NCBI GenBank assembly: GCA_951406725.2 | Contig: OX597827.1 | Coordinates: 61,938,001 to 62,002,000 of the forward strand | DNA from: Octopus vulgaris | Lineage: Eukaryota | Direction: 5' to 3' | DNA length: 64,000 nt | Part shown: positions 61,400 to 64,000 of the stretch, in pieces | Layout: every line of letters begins with the position of its first letter | Position numbering within the stretch: position 1 is the stretch's first letter | Made by a program: the position numbers and the translations under genes | Notes under the pieces: generated by a model | Databases searched by the model: none | The model's input: the letters and a program-made list of their open reading frames with translations, nothing else | Told to the model about the DNA's origin: nothing

Positions 61400-64000
61400 A
61401 TCCTCATGCTGTAATGGCAATAATCTTCCAATTCTTTCGCTTACTATATTTGCACCAAAAGATGTTATCATGAATGCATTATTATAACGCTGTATGTTTT
61501 GCAAAAAAGTGTTTTGATTCTGGATTTGAGCCCAATAGGAGATCTTTTAATGGTTGTGGTGGACCAGTAAGAAGTGGTAATCGAGTCTTTCCATTACTAC
61601 AACACATACCTGGGGGTTCATGGATCCATTTCTTGGCATGGCAGTAATCACAGAGTAATAACATGGATCCTATCGTAACAATGTCTTGCGAATTATATGC
61701 ATAATTAGGATTATAATTGAATGCAGCCATTTTCCAATCTTCAGTTGGAAAAGGACGTAGTCTAAATTATTGATGCCTTAATCTGTCTGTTATCCTCCTA
61801 GTGTTGAGCTCGCCCTGAGTTACAAGTTGCCTGGTTGGTGCAGTCCCTCGAGTATTCATTCTCACTCTCCCCGTTTACTTCTGGAGTTTCAGACTGCCTT
61901 GTTGCTGCTGTTTCAGTCTGATCTTGAGTTTCAGAGAGCCTTGCTGCTGCAGTCCGTTGAGCTTCTAATCTTCGTCTTGTTTCAGCCTGATCTCGAGTTT
62001 CAGAGAGCCTTGCTGCTGCAGTCCGTTGAGCTTCTAATCTTCGTCTTGTTTCAGCCTGATCTTGAGATTCAGAGAGCCTTGCTGCTGCAGTCCGTTGAGC
62101 ATCTAATCTTCGTCTTGTTTCAGCCTGTTCTTGAGTTTCAGAGAGCCTTGCTGCTGCAGTCCGTTGAGCTTCTAATCTTCGTCTTGTTTCAGCCTGTTCT
62201 GGAGTTTCAGAGAGCCTAGCTGCTGCAGTCCGTTGAGCTTCTAATCTTCGTCTTGTTTCAGCCTGTTCTTGAGTTTCAAAGAGCCTTGCTGCTGCAGTCC
62301 GTTGAGCTTCTAATCTTCGTCTTGTTTCAGCCTGTTCTTGAGTTTCAGAGAGCCTTGCTGCTGCAGTCCGTTGAGCTTCTAATCTTCGTCTTGTTTCAGC
62401 CTGATCTCGAGTTTCAGAGAGCCTTGCTGCTGCAGTCCGTTGAGCTTCTAATCTTCGTCTTGTTTCAGCCTGATCTTGAGATTCAGAGAGCCTTGCTGCT
62501 GCAGTCCGTTGAGCATCTAATCTTCGTCTTGTTTCAGCCTGATCTTGAGTTTCAGAGAGCCTTGCTGCTGCAGTCCGTTGAGCTTCTAATCTTCGTCTTG
62601 TTTCAGCCTGATCTCGAGTTTCAGAGAGCCTTGCTGCTGCAGTCCGTTGAGCTTTTAATCTTCGTCTTGTTTCAGCCTGATCGTGAGTTTCAGAGAGCCT
62701 TGCTGCTGCAGTCCGTTGAGCTTCTAATCTTCGTCTTGTTTCAGCCTGATCTCGAGTTTCAGAGAGCCTTGCTGCTGCAGTCCGTTGAGCTTCTAATCTT
62801 CGTCTTGTTTCAGCCTGATCTTGAGTTTCAGAGAGCCTAGCTGCTGCAGTCCGTTGAGCTTCTAATCTTCGTCTTGTTTCAGCCTGTTCTTGAGTTTCAG
62901 AGAGCCTTGCTGCTGCAGTCCGTTGAGCTTCTAATCTTCGTCTTGTTTCAGCCTGTTCTTGAGTTTCAGAGAGCCTTGCTGCTGCAGTCCGTTGAGCTTC
63001 TAATCTTCGTCTTGTTTCAGCCTGATCTCGAGTTTCAGAGAGCCTAGCTGCTGCAGTCCGTTGAGCTTTTAATCTTCGTCTTGTTTCAGCCTGATCTTGA
63101 GTTTCAGAGAGCCTTGCTGCTGCAGTCCGTTGAGCTTCTAATCTTCGTCTTGTTTCAGCCTGTTCTTGAGTTTCAGAGAGCCTTGCTGCTGCAGTCCGTT
63201 GAGCTTCTAATCTTCGTCTTGTTTCAGCCTGATCTTGAGTTTCAGAGAGCCTTGCTGCTGCAGTCCGTTGAGCTTCTAATCTTCGTCTTGTTTCAGCCTG
63301 ATCTTGAGATTCAGAGAGCCTTGCTGCTGCAGTTCGTTGGGCTTCTAATCTTCGTCTTGTTTCAGCCTGATCTTGAGTTTCAGAGAGCCTTGCTGCTGCA
63401 ATCCGTTGAGCTTTTAATCTTCGTCTTGTTTCAGCCTGATCTTGAGTTTCAGAGAGCCTTGCTGCTGCAATCCGTTGAGCTTCTAATCTTCGTCTTGTTT
63501 CAGCCTGATCTCGAGTTTCAGAGAGCCTAGCTGCTGCAGTCCGTTGAGCTTCTAATCTTCGTCTTGTTTCAGCCTGATCTTGAGTTTCAGAGAGCCTTGC
63601 TGCTGCAGTCCGTTGAGCTTCTAATCTTCGTCTTGTTTCAGCCTGATCTCGAGTTTCAGAGAGCCTTGCTGCTGCAGTTCGTTGGGCTTCTAATCTTCGT
63701 CTTGTTTCAGCCTGATCTTGAGTTTCAGAGAGCCTTGCTGCTGCAGTCCGTTGAGCTTCTAATCTTCGTCTTGTTTCAGCCTGTTCTGGAGTTTCAGAGA
63801 GCCTAGCTGCTGCTGTCCGTTGAGCTTCTAATCTTCGTCTTGTTTCAGCCTGTTCTTGAGTTTCAGAGAGCCTTGCTGCTGTAGTCCGTTGAGCTTCTAA
63901 TCTTCGTCTTGTTTCAGCCTGTTCTTGAGTTTCAGAGAGCCTTGCTGCTGCAGTCCGTTGAGCTTCTAATCTTCGTCTTGTTTCAGCCTGATCTTGAGTT
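61400..64000 (-). pseudogene. Helitron RepHel N-terminal region (repeat domain plus zinc finger), disrupted
   Basis: Minus: 23-aa repeats, then AAFNYNP..IGSM..CDYCHAKKW..EPPGMCCSNGK.RLP.L..PPQPLKDLL..SKHF/LQNIQRYNNAFMITSFGAN..RIG.LLP, the hallmark Helitron N-terminus. Frameshifts lie near 61876 and 61505, with a stop at 61767-61769. Confidence 0.88.
61914..64000. repeat. 69-bp tandem array, about 30 copies, runs off the window
   Basis: Unit CAGCCTGATCTTGAGTTTCAGAGAGCCTTGCTGCTGCAGTCCGTTGAGCTTCTAATCTTCGTCTTGTTT; substitutions only. Confidence 0.97.

Noticed and set aside
61827-63806. Plus-strand ORFs (QPDLEFQRALLLQSVELLIFVLF)n
   Set aside because: They are the antisense shadow of the repeat. 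They are broken by TAG variants that are synonymous on the minus strand, which leads into Helitron motifs.
61914-64000. CRISPR array interpretation of the 69-bp array (and of the 102-bp array at 20160-21100)
   Set aside because: The units are contiguous with no unique spacers, there are no cas genes, and the context is eukaryotic.

Overview
Eukaryotic, AT-rich DNA saturated with microsatellites and transposons, with no host protein-coding exon that I can support. The SINE families and the repeat density point to an octopus (coleoid cephalopod) intron or intergenic region; this is an inference. The window holds many tRNA-derived SINEs of at least four modular families. It also holds LINE remnants: Tx1/L1-clade, CR1/L2-like including one 5'-truncated copy with an unbroken 397-aa RT ORF, and RTE. 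Other elements are a Penelope-like GIY-YIG fragment with several Penelope-type terminal repeats, Tc1/mariner/Tigger MITEs, a complete non-autonomous Helitron, and the N-terminal part of a Helitron RepHel gene at the right edge. Most notable observations: (1) several hammerhead-ribozyme-like motifs, one near-canonical type I at 24132-24216 (-); (2) a 69-bp x ~30 array that is a stop-free minus-strand frame of 23-aa STPR-like repeats upstream of a Helitron zinc finger; (3) SINE 3' tails matching the 3' ends of Tx1-like and CR1/L2-like LINEs present in the same window; (4) elements apparently sorted by microsatellite class. Nearly all ORFs in the supplied track are microsatellite artefacts. All family names come from motif recognition, not database searches.
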